Positions 50,401 through 62,400 of a stretch of 64,000 nucleotides of DNA are shown here, in pieces. The notes beneath the pieces are model-generated. The model had not been told where the DNA came from. It saw only the letters and a list, made by a program, of their open reading frames with translations, and ran no database searches. Position numbers and translations under genes: made by a program. The stretch comes from Nemertoderma westbladi (Eukaryota; Animalia; Xenacoelomorpha): contig JAUCBJ010002874.1 of assembly GCA_032718475.1 (NCBI GenBank), forward strand, positions 1-64,000, given 5' to 3'. Every line of letters starts with the position of its first letter. Position 1 is the first letter of the stretch.

Positions 50401-53400
50401 GAGGGAGAGAACGTAGAGGCATTCATAGTAAATGAGAGGGGAGAGAACGTAGAGGCATTCATAGTAAATGAGTAGGGAGAGAACGTAGAGGCATTCATAG
50501 TAAATGAGAAGGGAGAGAACGTAGAGGCATTCATAGTAAATGAGGAGGGAAAGAGCGTAGAGGCATTCATAGTAAATGTATGGAGTAGGGAAAGAACGTA
50601 GAGGCATTCATAGTAAATGTATGGAGTAGGGAAAGAACGTAGAGGCATTCATAGTAAATGAGTAGGGAGAGAACGTAGAGGCATTCATAGTAAATGAGTA
50701 GGGAGAGAACGTAGAGGCATTCATAGTAAATGAGTAGGGAAAGAACGTAGAGGCATTCATAGTAAATGAGGAGGGAGAGAACGTAGAGGCATTCATAGTA
50801 AATGAGAAGGGAGAGAACGTAGAGGCATTCATAGTAAATGAGGAGGGAGAGAACGTAGAGGCATTCATAGTAAATGTATGGAGTAGGGAAAGAACGTAGA
50901 GGCATTCATAGTAAATGTATGGAGTAGGGAAAGAACGTAGAGGCATTCATAGTAAATGAGTAGGGAGAGAACGTAGAGGCATTCATAGTAAATGAGGAGG
51001 GAGAGAACGTAGAGGCATTCATAGTAAATGAGTAGGGAAAGAACGTAGAGGCATTCATAGTAAATGTATGGAGTAGGGAAAGATCGTAGAGGCATTCATA
51101 GTAAATGTATGGAGTAGGGAAAGAACTTAGAGGCATTCATAGTAAATGTATGGAGTAGGGAAAGAACGTAGAGGCATTCATAGTAAATGTATGGAGTAGG
51201 GAAAGAACGTAGAGGCATTCATAGTAAATGTATGGAGGAGGGAAAGAACTTAGAGGCATTCATAGTAAATGTATGGAGTAGGGAAAGAACGTAGAGGCAT
51301 TCATAGTAAATGTATGGAGTAGGGAAAGAACGTAGAGGCATTCATAGTAAATGTATGGAGTAGGGAAAGAACGTAGAGGCATTCATAGTAAATGTATGGA
51401 GTAGGGAAAGAACGTAGAGGCATTCATAGTAAATGTATGGAGGAGGGAAAGAACTTAGAGGCATTCATAGTAAATGTATGGAGTAGGGAAAGAACGTAGA
51501 GGCATTCATAGTAAATGTATGGAGTAGGGAAAGAACGTAGAGGCATTCATAGTAAATGAGTAGGGGGAGAACGTAGAGGCATTCATAGTAAATGAGGAGG
51601 GAAAGAACGTAGAGGCATTCATAGTAAATGTATGGAGTAGGGAAAGAACGTAGAGGCATTCATAGTAAATGTATGGAGTAAGGAAAGAACGTAGAGGCAT
51701 TCATAGTAAATGTATGGAGTAGGGAAAGAACGTAGAGGCATTCATAGTAAATGAGGAGGGAGAGAACGTAGAGGCATTCATAGTAAATGAGTAGGGAAAG
51801 AACGTAGAGGCATTCATAGTAAATGTATGGAGTAGGGAAAGATTGTAGAGGCATTCATAGTAAATGTATGGAGTAGGGAAAGAACTTAGAGGCATTCATA
51901 GTAAATGTATGGAGTAGGGAAAGAACGTAGAGGCATTCATAGTAAATGTATGGAGTAGGGACGGAACGTAGAGGCATTCATAGTAAATGTATGGAGTAGG
52001 GAAAGAACGTAGAGGCATTCATAGTAAATGTATGGAGGAGGGAAAGAACTTAGAGGCATTCATAGTAAATGTATGGAGTAGGGAAAGAACGTAGAGGCAT
52101 TCATAGTAAATGTATGGAGTAGGGAAAGAACGTAGAGGCATTCATAGTAAATGAGTAGGGGGAGAACGTAGAGGCATTCATAGTAAATGAGGAGGGAAAG
52201 AACGTAGAGGCATTCATAGTAAATGTATGGAGTAGGGAAAGAACGTAGAGGCATTCATAGTAAATGTATGGAGGAGGGAATGAAGAACGTAGAGGCATTC
52301 ATAGTAAATGTATGGAGGAGGGAATGAAGAACGTAGAGGCATTCATAGTAAATGTATGGAGTAGGGAAAGAACGTAGAGGCATTCATAGTAAATGTATGG
52401 AGGAGGGAAAGAACTTAGAGGCATTCATAGTAAATGTATGGAGTAGGGAAAGAACGTAGAGGCATTCATAGTAAATGTATGGAGTAGGGAAAGAACGTAG
52501 AGGCATTCATAGTAAATGAGTAGGGGGAGAACGTAGAGGCATTCATAGTAAATGAGGAGGGAAAGAACGTAGAGGCATTCATAGTAAATGTATGGAGTAG
52601 GGAAAGAACGTAGAGGCATTCATAGTAAATGTATGGAGTAGGGAAAGAACGTAGAGGCATTCATAGTAAATGTATGGAGTAGGGAAAGAACGTAGAGGCA
52701 TTCATAGTAAATGTATGGAGGAGGGAAAGAACTTAGAGGCATTCATAGTAAATGTATGGAGTAGGGAAAGAACGTAGAGGCATTCATAGTAAATGTATGG
52801 AGTAGGGAAAGAACGTAGAGGCATTCATAGTAAATGAGTAGGGGGAGAACGTAGAGGCATTCATAGTAAATGAGGAGGGAAAGAACGTAGAGGCATTCAT
52901 AGTAAATGTATGGAGTAGGGAAAGAACGTAGAGGCATTCATAGTAAATGTATGGAGTAAGGAAAGAACGTAGAGGCATTCATAGTAAATGTATGGAGTAG
53001 GGAAAGAACGTAGAGGCATTCATAGTAAATGAGGAGGGAGAGAACGTAGAGGCATTCATAGTAAATGAGTAGGGAAAGAACGTAGAGGCATTCATAGTAA
53101 ATGTATGGAGTAGGGAAAGATTGTAGAGGCATTCATAGTAAATGTATGGAGTAGGGAAAGAACTTAGAGGCATTCATAGTAAATGTATGGAGTAGGGAAA
53201 GAACGTAGAGGCATTCATAGTAAATGTATGGAGTAGGGAAAGAACGTAGAGGCATTCATAGTAAATGTATGGAGTAGGGAAAGAACGTAGAGGCATTCAT
53301 AGTAAATGTATGGAGGAGGGAAAGAACTTAGAGGCATTCATAGTAAATGTATGGAGTAGGGAAAGAACGTAGAGGCATTCATAGTAAATGTATGGAGTAG

Positions 53401-56400
53401 GGAAAGAACGTAGAGGCATTCATAGTAAATGAGGAGGGAAAGAACGTAGAGGCATTCATAGTAAATGAGGAGGGAAAGAACGTAGAGGCATTCATAGTAA
53501 ATGTATGGAGTAGGGAAAGAACGTAGAGGCATTCATAGTAAATGTATGGAGTAGGGAAAGAACGTAGAGGCATTCATAGTAAATGTATGGAGTAGGGAAA
53601 GAACGTAGAGGCATTCATAGTAAATGAGTAGGGAGAGAACGTAGAGGCATTCATAGTAAATGTATGGAGTAGGGAAAGAACGTAGAGGCATTCATAGTAA
53701 ATGTATGGAGGAGGGAAAGAACGTAGAGGCATTCATAGTAAATGTATGGAGTAGGGAAAGAACGTAGAGGCATTCATAGTAAATGTATGGAGTAGGGAAA
53801 GAACGTAGAGGCATTCATAGTAAATGTATGGAGTAGGGAAAGAACGTAGAGGCATTCATAGTAAATGTATGGAGTAGGGAAAGAACGTAGAGGCATTCAT
53901 AGTAAATGAGTAGGGAGAGAACGTAGAGGCATTCATAGTAAATGAGGAGGGAGAGAACGTAGAGGCATTCATAGTAAATGTATGGAGTAGGGAGAGAACG
54001 TAGAGGCATTCATAGTAAATGTATGGAGGAGGGAAAGAACGTAGAGGCATTCATAGTAAATGAGTAGGGGGAGAACGTAGAGGCATTCATAGTAAATGTA
54101 TGGAGTAGGGAGAGAACGTAGAGGCATTCATAGTAAATGTATGGAGTAGGGAGAGAACGTAGAGGCATTCATAGTAAATGTATGGAGGAGGGAAAGAACG
54201 TAGAGGCATTCATAGTAAATGAGTAGGGGGAGAACGTAGAGGCATTCATAGTAAATGTATGGAGTAGGGAGAGAACGTAGAGGCATTCATAGTAAATGTA
54301 TGGAGTAGAGAAAGAACGTAGAGGCATTCATAGTAAATGTATGGAGGAGGGAAAGATCGTAGAGGCATTCATAGTAAATGTATGGAGTAGGGAGAGAACG
54401 TAGAGGCATTCATAGTAAATGTATGGAGGAGGGAAAGAACGTAGAGGCATTCATAGTAAATGAGTAGGGGGAGAACGTAGAGGCATTCATAGTAAATGTA
54501 TGGAGGAGGGAGAGAACGTAGAGGCATTCATAGTAAATGTATGGAGTAGGGAGAGATCGTAGAGGCATTCATAGTAAATGTATGGAGGAGGGAAAGATCG
54601 TAGAGGCATTCATAGTAAATGTATGGAGTAGGGAGAGAACGTAGAGGCATTCATAGTAAATGTATGGAGGAGGGAAAGAACGTAGAGGCATTCATAGTAA
54701 ATGAGTAGGGGGAGAACGTAGAGGCATTCATAGTAAATGTATGGAGGAGGGAGAGAACGTAGAGGCATTCATAGTAAATGTATGGAGTAGGGAGAGATCG
54801 TAGAGGCATTCATAGTAAATGTATGGAGGAGGGAGAGAACGTAGAGGCATTCATAGTAAATGTATGGAGTAGGGAAAGAACGTAGAGGCATTCATAGTAA
54901 ATGAGGAGGGAGAGAACGTAGAGGCATTCATAGTAAATGTATGGAGTAGGGAGAGATCGTAGAGGCATTCATAGTAAATGTATGGAGTAGGGAAAGAACG
55001 TAGAGGCATTCATAGTAAATGTATGGAGTAGGGAAAGAACGTAGAGGCATTCATAGTAAATGAGGAGGGAGAGAACGTAGAGGCATTCATAGTAAATGTA
55101 TGGAGTAGGGAAAGATCGTAGAGGCATTCATAGTAAATGTATGGAGTAGGGAAAGAACGTAGAGGCATTCATAGTAAATGAGGAGGGAGAGAACGTAGAG
55201 GCATTCATAGTAAATGTATGGAGGAGGGAGAGAACGTAGAGGCATTCATAGTAAATGTATGGAGGAGGGAGAGAACGTAGAGGCATTCATAGTAAATGTA
55301 TGGAGTAGGGAAAGAACGTAGAGGCATTCATAGTAAATGAGGAGGGAGAGAACGTAGAGGCATTCATAGTAAATGTATGGAGTAGGGAGAGATCGTAGAG
55401 GCATTCATAGTAAATGTATGGAGTAGGGAAAGAACGTAGAGGCATTCATAGTAAATGTATGGAGTAGGGAAAGAACGTAGAGGCATTCATAGTAAATGAG
55501 GAGGGAGAGAACGTAGAGGCATTCATAGTAAATGTATGGAGTAGGGAAAGATCGTAGAGGCATTCATAGTAAATGTATGGAGTAGGGAAAGAACGTAGAG
55601 GCATTCATAGTAAATGTATGGAGTAGGGAAAGATCGTAGAGGCATTCATAGTAAATGTATGGAGTAGGGAAAGAACGTAGAGGCATTCATAGTAAATGTA
55701 TGGAGTAGGGAAAGAACGTAGAGGCATTCATAGTAAATGTATGGAGTAGGGAAAGAACGTAGAGGCATTCATAGTAAATGTATGGAGTAGGGAAAGAACG
55801 TAGAGGCATTCATAGTAAATGTATGGAGGAGGGAAAGATCGTAGAGGCATTCATAGTAAATGTATGGAGTAGGGAAAGAACGTAGAGGCATTCATAGTAA
55901 ATGTATGGAGGAGGGAAAGAACGTAGAGGCATTCATAGTAAATGTATGGAGGAGGGAAAGAACGTAGAGGCATTCATAGTAAATGTATGGAGGAGGGAAA
56001 GAACGTAGAGGCATTCATAGTAAATGTATGGAGTAGGGAAAGAACGTAGAGGCATTCATAGTAAATGAGTAGGGAAAGAACGTAGAGGCATTCATAGTAA
56101 ATGTATGGAGTAGGGAAAGAACGTAGAGGCATTCATAGTAAATGTATGGAGTAGGGAAAGAACGTAGAGGCATTCATAGTAAATGAGTAGGGGGAGAACG
56201 TAGAGGCATTCATAGTAAATGTATGGAGGAGGGAGAGAACGTAGAGGCATTCATAGTAAATGTATGGAGGAGGGAGAGAACGTAGAGGCATTCATAGTAA
56301 ATGTATGGAGGAGGGAGAGAACGTAGAGGCATTCATAGTAAATGTATGGAGTAGGGAAAGAACGTAGAGGCATTCATAGTAAATGTATGGAGTAGGGAAA

Positions 56401-59400
56401 GAACGTAGAGGCATTCATAGTAAATGTATGGAGGAGGGAGAGAACGTAGAGGCATTCATAGTAAATGAGTAGGGAGAGAACGTAGAGGCATTCATAGTAA
56501 ATGAGGAGGGAGAGAACGTAGAGGCATTCATAGTAAATGAGGAGGGAGAGAACGTAGAGGCATTCATAGTAAATGAGTAGGGAAAGAACGTAGAGGCATT
56601 CATAGTAAATGAGGAGGGAGAGAACGTAGAGGCATTCATAGTAAATGTATGGAGTAGGGAAAGAACGTAGAGGCATTCATAGTAAATGTATGGAGTAGGG
56701 AAAGAACGTAGAGGCATTCATAGTAAATGTATGGAGGAGGGAGAGAACGTAGAGGCATTCATAGTAAATGAGTAGGGAGAGAACGTAGAGGCATTCATAG
56801 TAAATGAGGAGGGAGAGAACGTAGAGGCATTCATAGTAAATGAGGAGGGAGAGAACGTAGAGGCATTCATAGTAAATGAGTAGGGAAAGAACGTAGAGGC
56901 ATTCATAGTAAATGAGGAGGGAGAGAACGTAGAGGCATTCATAGTAAATGAGGAGGGAGAGAACGTAGAGGCATTCATAGTAAATGAGTAGGGAGAGAAC
57001 GTAGAGGCATTCATAGTAAATGAGGAGGGAGAGAACGTAGAGGCATTCATAGTAAATGAGTAGGGAAAGAACGTAGAGGCATTCATAGTAAATGTATGGA
57101 GTAGGGAAAGATCGTAGAGGCATTCATAGTAAATGTATGGAGTAGGGAAAGAACGTAGAGGCATTCATAGTAAATGAGGAGGGAAAGAACGTAGAGGCAT
57201 TCATAGTAAATGTATGGAGTAGGGAAAGAACGTAGAGGCATTCATAGTAAATGTATGGAGTAGGGAAAGAACGTAGAGGCATTCATAGTAAATGTATGGA
57301 GTAGGGAAAGAACGTAGAGGCATTCATAGTAAATGAGTAGGGAGAGAACGTAGAGGCATTCATAGTAAATGTATGGAGTAGGGAAAGAACGTAGAGGCAT
57401 TCATAGTAAATGAGGAGGGAAAGAACGTAGAGGCATTCATAGTAAATGTATGGAGTAGGGAAAGAACGTAGAGGCATTCATAGTAAATGTATGGAGTAGG
57501 GAAAGAACGTAGAGGCATTCATAGTAAATGTATGGAGTAGGGAAAGAACGTAGAGGCATTCATAGTAAATGAGTAGGGAGAGAACGTAGAGGCATTCATA
57601 GTAAATGTATGGAGTAGGGAAAGAACGTAGAGGCATTCATAGTAAATGTATGGAGGAGGGAAAGAACGTAGAGGCATTCATAGTAAATGTATGGAGTAGG
57701 GAAAGAACGTAGAGGCATTCATAGTAAATGTATGGAGTAGGGAAAGAACGTAGAGGCATTCATAGTAAATGTATGGAGTAGGGAAAGAACGTAGAGGCAT
57801 TCATAGTAAATGTATGGAGTAGGGAAAGAACGTAGAGGCATTCATAGTAAATGAGTAGGGAGAGAACGTAGAGGCATTCTTAGTAAATGAGGAGGGAGAG
57901 AACGTAGAGGCATTCATAGTAAATGTATGGAGTAGGGAGAGAACGTAGAGGCATTCATAGTAAATGTATGGAGGAGGGAAAGAACGTAGAGGCATTCATA
58001 GTAAATGAGTAGGGGGAGAACGTAGAGGCATTCATAGTAAATGTATGGAGTAGGGAGAGAACGTAGAGGCATTCATAGTAAATGTATGGAGGAGGGAAAG
58101 AACGTAGAGGCATTCATAGTAAATGAGTAGGGGGAGAACGTAGAGGCATTCATAGTAAATGTATGGAGTAGGGAGAGAACGTAGAGGCATTCATAGTAAA
58201 TGTATGGAGTAGGGAGAGAACGTAGAGGCATTCATAGTAAATGTATGGAGGAGGGAAAGAACGTAGAGGCATTCATAGTAAATGAGTAGGGGGAGAACGT
58301 AGAGGCATTCATAGTAAATGTATGGAGTAGGGAGAGAACGTAGAGGCATTCATAGTAAATGTATGGAGTAGGGAGAGAACGTAGAGGCATTCATAGTAAA
58401 TGTATGGAGGAGGGAAAGAACGTAGAGGCATTCATAGTAAATGAGTAGGGGGAGAACGTAGAGGCATTCATAGTAAATGTATGGAGTAGGGAGAGATCGT
58501 AGAGGCATTCATAGTAAATGTATGGAGGAGGGAGAGAACGTAGAGGCATTCATAGTAAATGTATGGAGTAGGGAAAGAACGTAGAGGCATTCATAGTAAA
58601 TGAGGAGGGAGAGAACGTAGAGGCATTCATAGTAAATGTATGGAGTAGGGAGAGATCGTAGAGGCATTCATAGTAAATGTATGGAGTAGGGAAAGAACGT
58701 AGAGGCATTCATAGTAAATGTATGGAGTAGGGAAAGAACGTAGAGGCATTCATAGTAAATGAGGAGGGAGAGAACGTAGAGGCATTCATAGTAAATGTAT
58801 GGAGTAGGGAAAGATCGTAGAGGCATTCATAGTAAATGTATGGAGTAGGGAAAGAACGTAGAGGCATTCATAGTAAATGAGGAGGGAGAGAACGTAGAGG
58901 CATTCATAGTAAATGTATGGAGGAGGGAGAGAACGTAGAGGCATTCATAGTAAATGTATGGAGGAGGGAGAGAACGTAGAGGCATTCATAGTAAATGTAT
59001 GGAGTAGGGAAAGAACGTAGAGGCATTCATAGTAAATGAGGAGGGAGAGAACGTAGAGGCATTCATAGTAAATGTATGGAGTAGGGAGAGATCGTAGAGG
59101 CATTCATAGTAAATGTATGGAGTAGGGAAAGAACGTAGAGGCATTCATAGTAAATGTATGGAGTAGGGAAAGAACGTAGAGGCATTCATAGTAAATGAGG
59201 AGGGAGAGAACGTAGAGGCATTCATAGTAAATGTATGGAGTAGGGAAAGATCGTAGAGGCATTCATAGTAAATGTATGGAGTAGGGAAAGAACGTAGAGG
59301 CATTCATAGTAAATGTATGGAGTAGGGAAAGATCGTAGAGGCATTCATAGTAAATGTATGGAGTAGGGAAAGAACGTAGAGGCATTCATAGTAAATGTAT

Positions 59401-62400
59401 GGAGTAGGGAAAGAACGTAGAGGCATTCATAGTAAATGTATGGAGTAGGGAAAGAACGTAGAGGCATTCATAGTAAATGTATGGAGTAGGGAAAGAACGT
59501 AGAGGCATTCATAGTAAATGTATGGAGGAGGGAAAGAACGTAGAGGCATTCATAGTAAATGTATGGAGTAGGGAAAGAACGTAGAGGCATTCATAGTAAA
59601 TGTATGGAGGAGGGAAAGAACGTAGAGGCATTCATAGTAAATGTATGGAGGAGGGAAAGAACGTAGAGGCATTCATAGTAAATGTATGGAGGAGGGAAAG
59701 AACGTAGAGGCATTCATAGTAAATGTATGGAGTAGGGAAAGAACGTAGAGGCATTCATAGTAAATGAGTAGGGAAAGAACGTAGAGGCATTCATAGTAAA
59801 TGTATGGAGTAGGGAAAGAACGTAGAGGCATTCATAGTAAATGTATGGAGTAGGGAAAGAACGTAGAGGCATTCATAGTAAATGAGTAGGGGGAGAACGT
59901 AGAGGCATTCATAGTAAATGTATGGAGGAGGGAGAGAACGTAGAGGCATTCATAGTAAATGTATGGAGGAGGGAGAGAACGTAGAGGCATTCATAGTAAA
60001 TGTATGGAGGAGGGAGAGAACGTAGAGGCATTCATAGTAAATGTATGGAGTAGGGAAAGAACGTAGAGGCATTCATAGTAAATGTATGGAGGAGGGAGAG
60101 AACGTAGAGGCATTCATAGTAAATGAGTAGGGAGAGAACGTAGAGGCATTCATAGTAAATGAGGAGGGAGAGAACGTAGAGGCATTCATAGTAAATGAGT
60201 AGGGAAAGAACGTAGAGGCATTCATAGTAAATGTATGGAGTAGGGAAAGATCGTAGAGGCATTCATAGTAAATGTATGGAGTAGGGAAAGAACGTAGAGG
60301 CATTCATAGTAAATGTATGGAGTAGGGAAAGAACGTAGAGGCATTCATAGTAAATGTATGGAGTAGGGAAAGAACGTAGAGGCATTCATAGTAAATGTAT
60401 GGAGGAGGGAAAGAACGTAGAGGCATTCATAGTAAATGTATGGAGTAGGGAAAGAACGTAGAGGCATTCATAGTAAATGTATGGAGGAGGGAAAGAACGT
60501 AGAGGCATTCATAGTAAATGTATGGAGTAGGGAAAGAACGTAGAGGCATTCATAGTAAATGAGTAGGGAAAGAACGTAGAGGCATTCATAGTAAATGTAT
60601 GGAGTAGGGAAAGAACGTAGAGGCATTCATAGTAAATGTATGGAGTAGGGAAAGAACGTAGAGGCATTCATAGTAAATGTATGGAGTAGGGAAAGAACGT
60701 AGAGGCATTCATAGTAAATGTATGGAGTAGGGAAAGAACGTAGAGGCATTCATAGTAAATGAGGAGGGAGAGAACGTAGAGGCATTCATAGTAAATGAGT
60801 AGGGGGAGAACGTAGAGGCATTCATAGTAAATGAGTAGGGAAAGAACGTAGAGGCATTCATAGTAAATGTATGGAGTAGGGAAAGAACGTAGAGGCATTC
60901 ATAGTAAATGTATGGAGTAGGGAAAGAACGTAGAGGCATTCATAGTAAATGTATGGAGTAGGGAAAGAACGTAGAGGCATTCATAGTAAATGAGTAGGGA
61001 GAGAACGTAGAGGCATTCATAGTAAATGTATGGAGTAGGGAAAGAACGTAGAGGCATTCATAGTAAATGTATGGAGTAGGGAAAGAACGTAGAGGCATTC
61101 ATAGTAAATGTATGGAGTAGGGAAAGAACGTAGAGGCATTCATAGTAAATGTATGGAGGAGGGAAAGAACGTAGAGGCATTCATAGTAAATGTATGGAGT
61201 AGGGAAAGAACGTAGAGGCATTCATAGTAAATGTATGGAGGAGGGAAAGAACGTAGAGGCATTCATAGTAAATGTATGGAGTAGGGAAAGAACGTAGAGG
61301 CATTCATAGTAAATGTATGGAGTAGGGAAAGAACGTAGAGGCATTCATAGTAAATGAGTAGGGAAAGAACGTAGAGGCATTCATAGTAAATGTATGGAGT
61401 AGGGAAAGAACGTAGAGGCATTCATAGTAAATGTATGGAGTAGGGAAAGAACGTAGAGGCATTCATAGTAAATGTATGGAGTAGGGAAAGAACGTAGAGG
61501 CATTCATAGTAAATGTATGGAGGAGGGAAAGAACGTAGAGGCATTCATAGTAAATGTATGGAGTAGGGAAAGAACGTAGAGGCATTCATAGTAAATGAGG
61601 AGGGAGAGAACGTAGAGGCATTCATAGTAAATGAGTAGGGGGAGAACGTAGAGGCATTCATAGTAAATGAGTAGGGAAAGAACGTAGAGGCATTCATAGT
61701 AAATGTATGGAGGAGGGAAAGAACGTAGAGGCATTCATAGTAAATGTATGGAGTAGGGAAAGAACGTAGAGGCATTCATAGTAAATGAGGAGGGAGAGAA
61801 CGTAGAGGCATTCATAGTAAATGAGTAGGGGGAGAACGTAGAGGCATTCATAGTAAATGAGTAGGGAAAGAACGTAGAGGCATTCATAGTAAATGTATGG
61901 AGTAGGGAAAGAACGTAGAGGCATTCATAGTAAATGTATGGAGTAGGGAAAGAACGTAGAGGCATTCATAGTAAATGAGGAGGGAGAGAACGTAGAGGCA
62001 TTCATAGTAAATGAGTAGGGGGAGAACGTAGAGGCATTCATAGTAAATGAGTAGGGAAAGAACGTAGAGGCATTCATAGTAAATGAGTAGGGAAAGAACG
62101 TAGAGGCATTCATAGTAAATGTATGGAGTAGGGAAAGAACGTAGAGGCATTCATAGTAAATGTATGGAGGAGGGACGGAACGTAGAGGCATTCATAGTAA
62201 ATGTATGGAGTAGGGAAAGAACGTAGAGGCATTCATAGTAAATGAGGAGGGAAAGAACGTAGAGGCATTCATAGTAAATGAGTAGGGGGAGAACGTAGAG
62301 GCATTCATAGTAAATGAGGAGGGAGAGAACGTAGAGGCATTCATAGTAAATGAGTAGGGGGAGAACGTAGAGGCATTCATAGTAAATGTATGGAGTAGGG

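Noticed and set aside
16900-52330. Relationship to human satellite II/III (CATTC/GGAAT) or canonical TTAGGG telomere repeats
   Set aside because: Only isolated pentamer matches occur inside a longer unrelated monomer; there are no tandem (CATTC)n or (TTAGGG)n runs.
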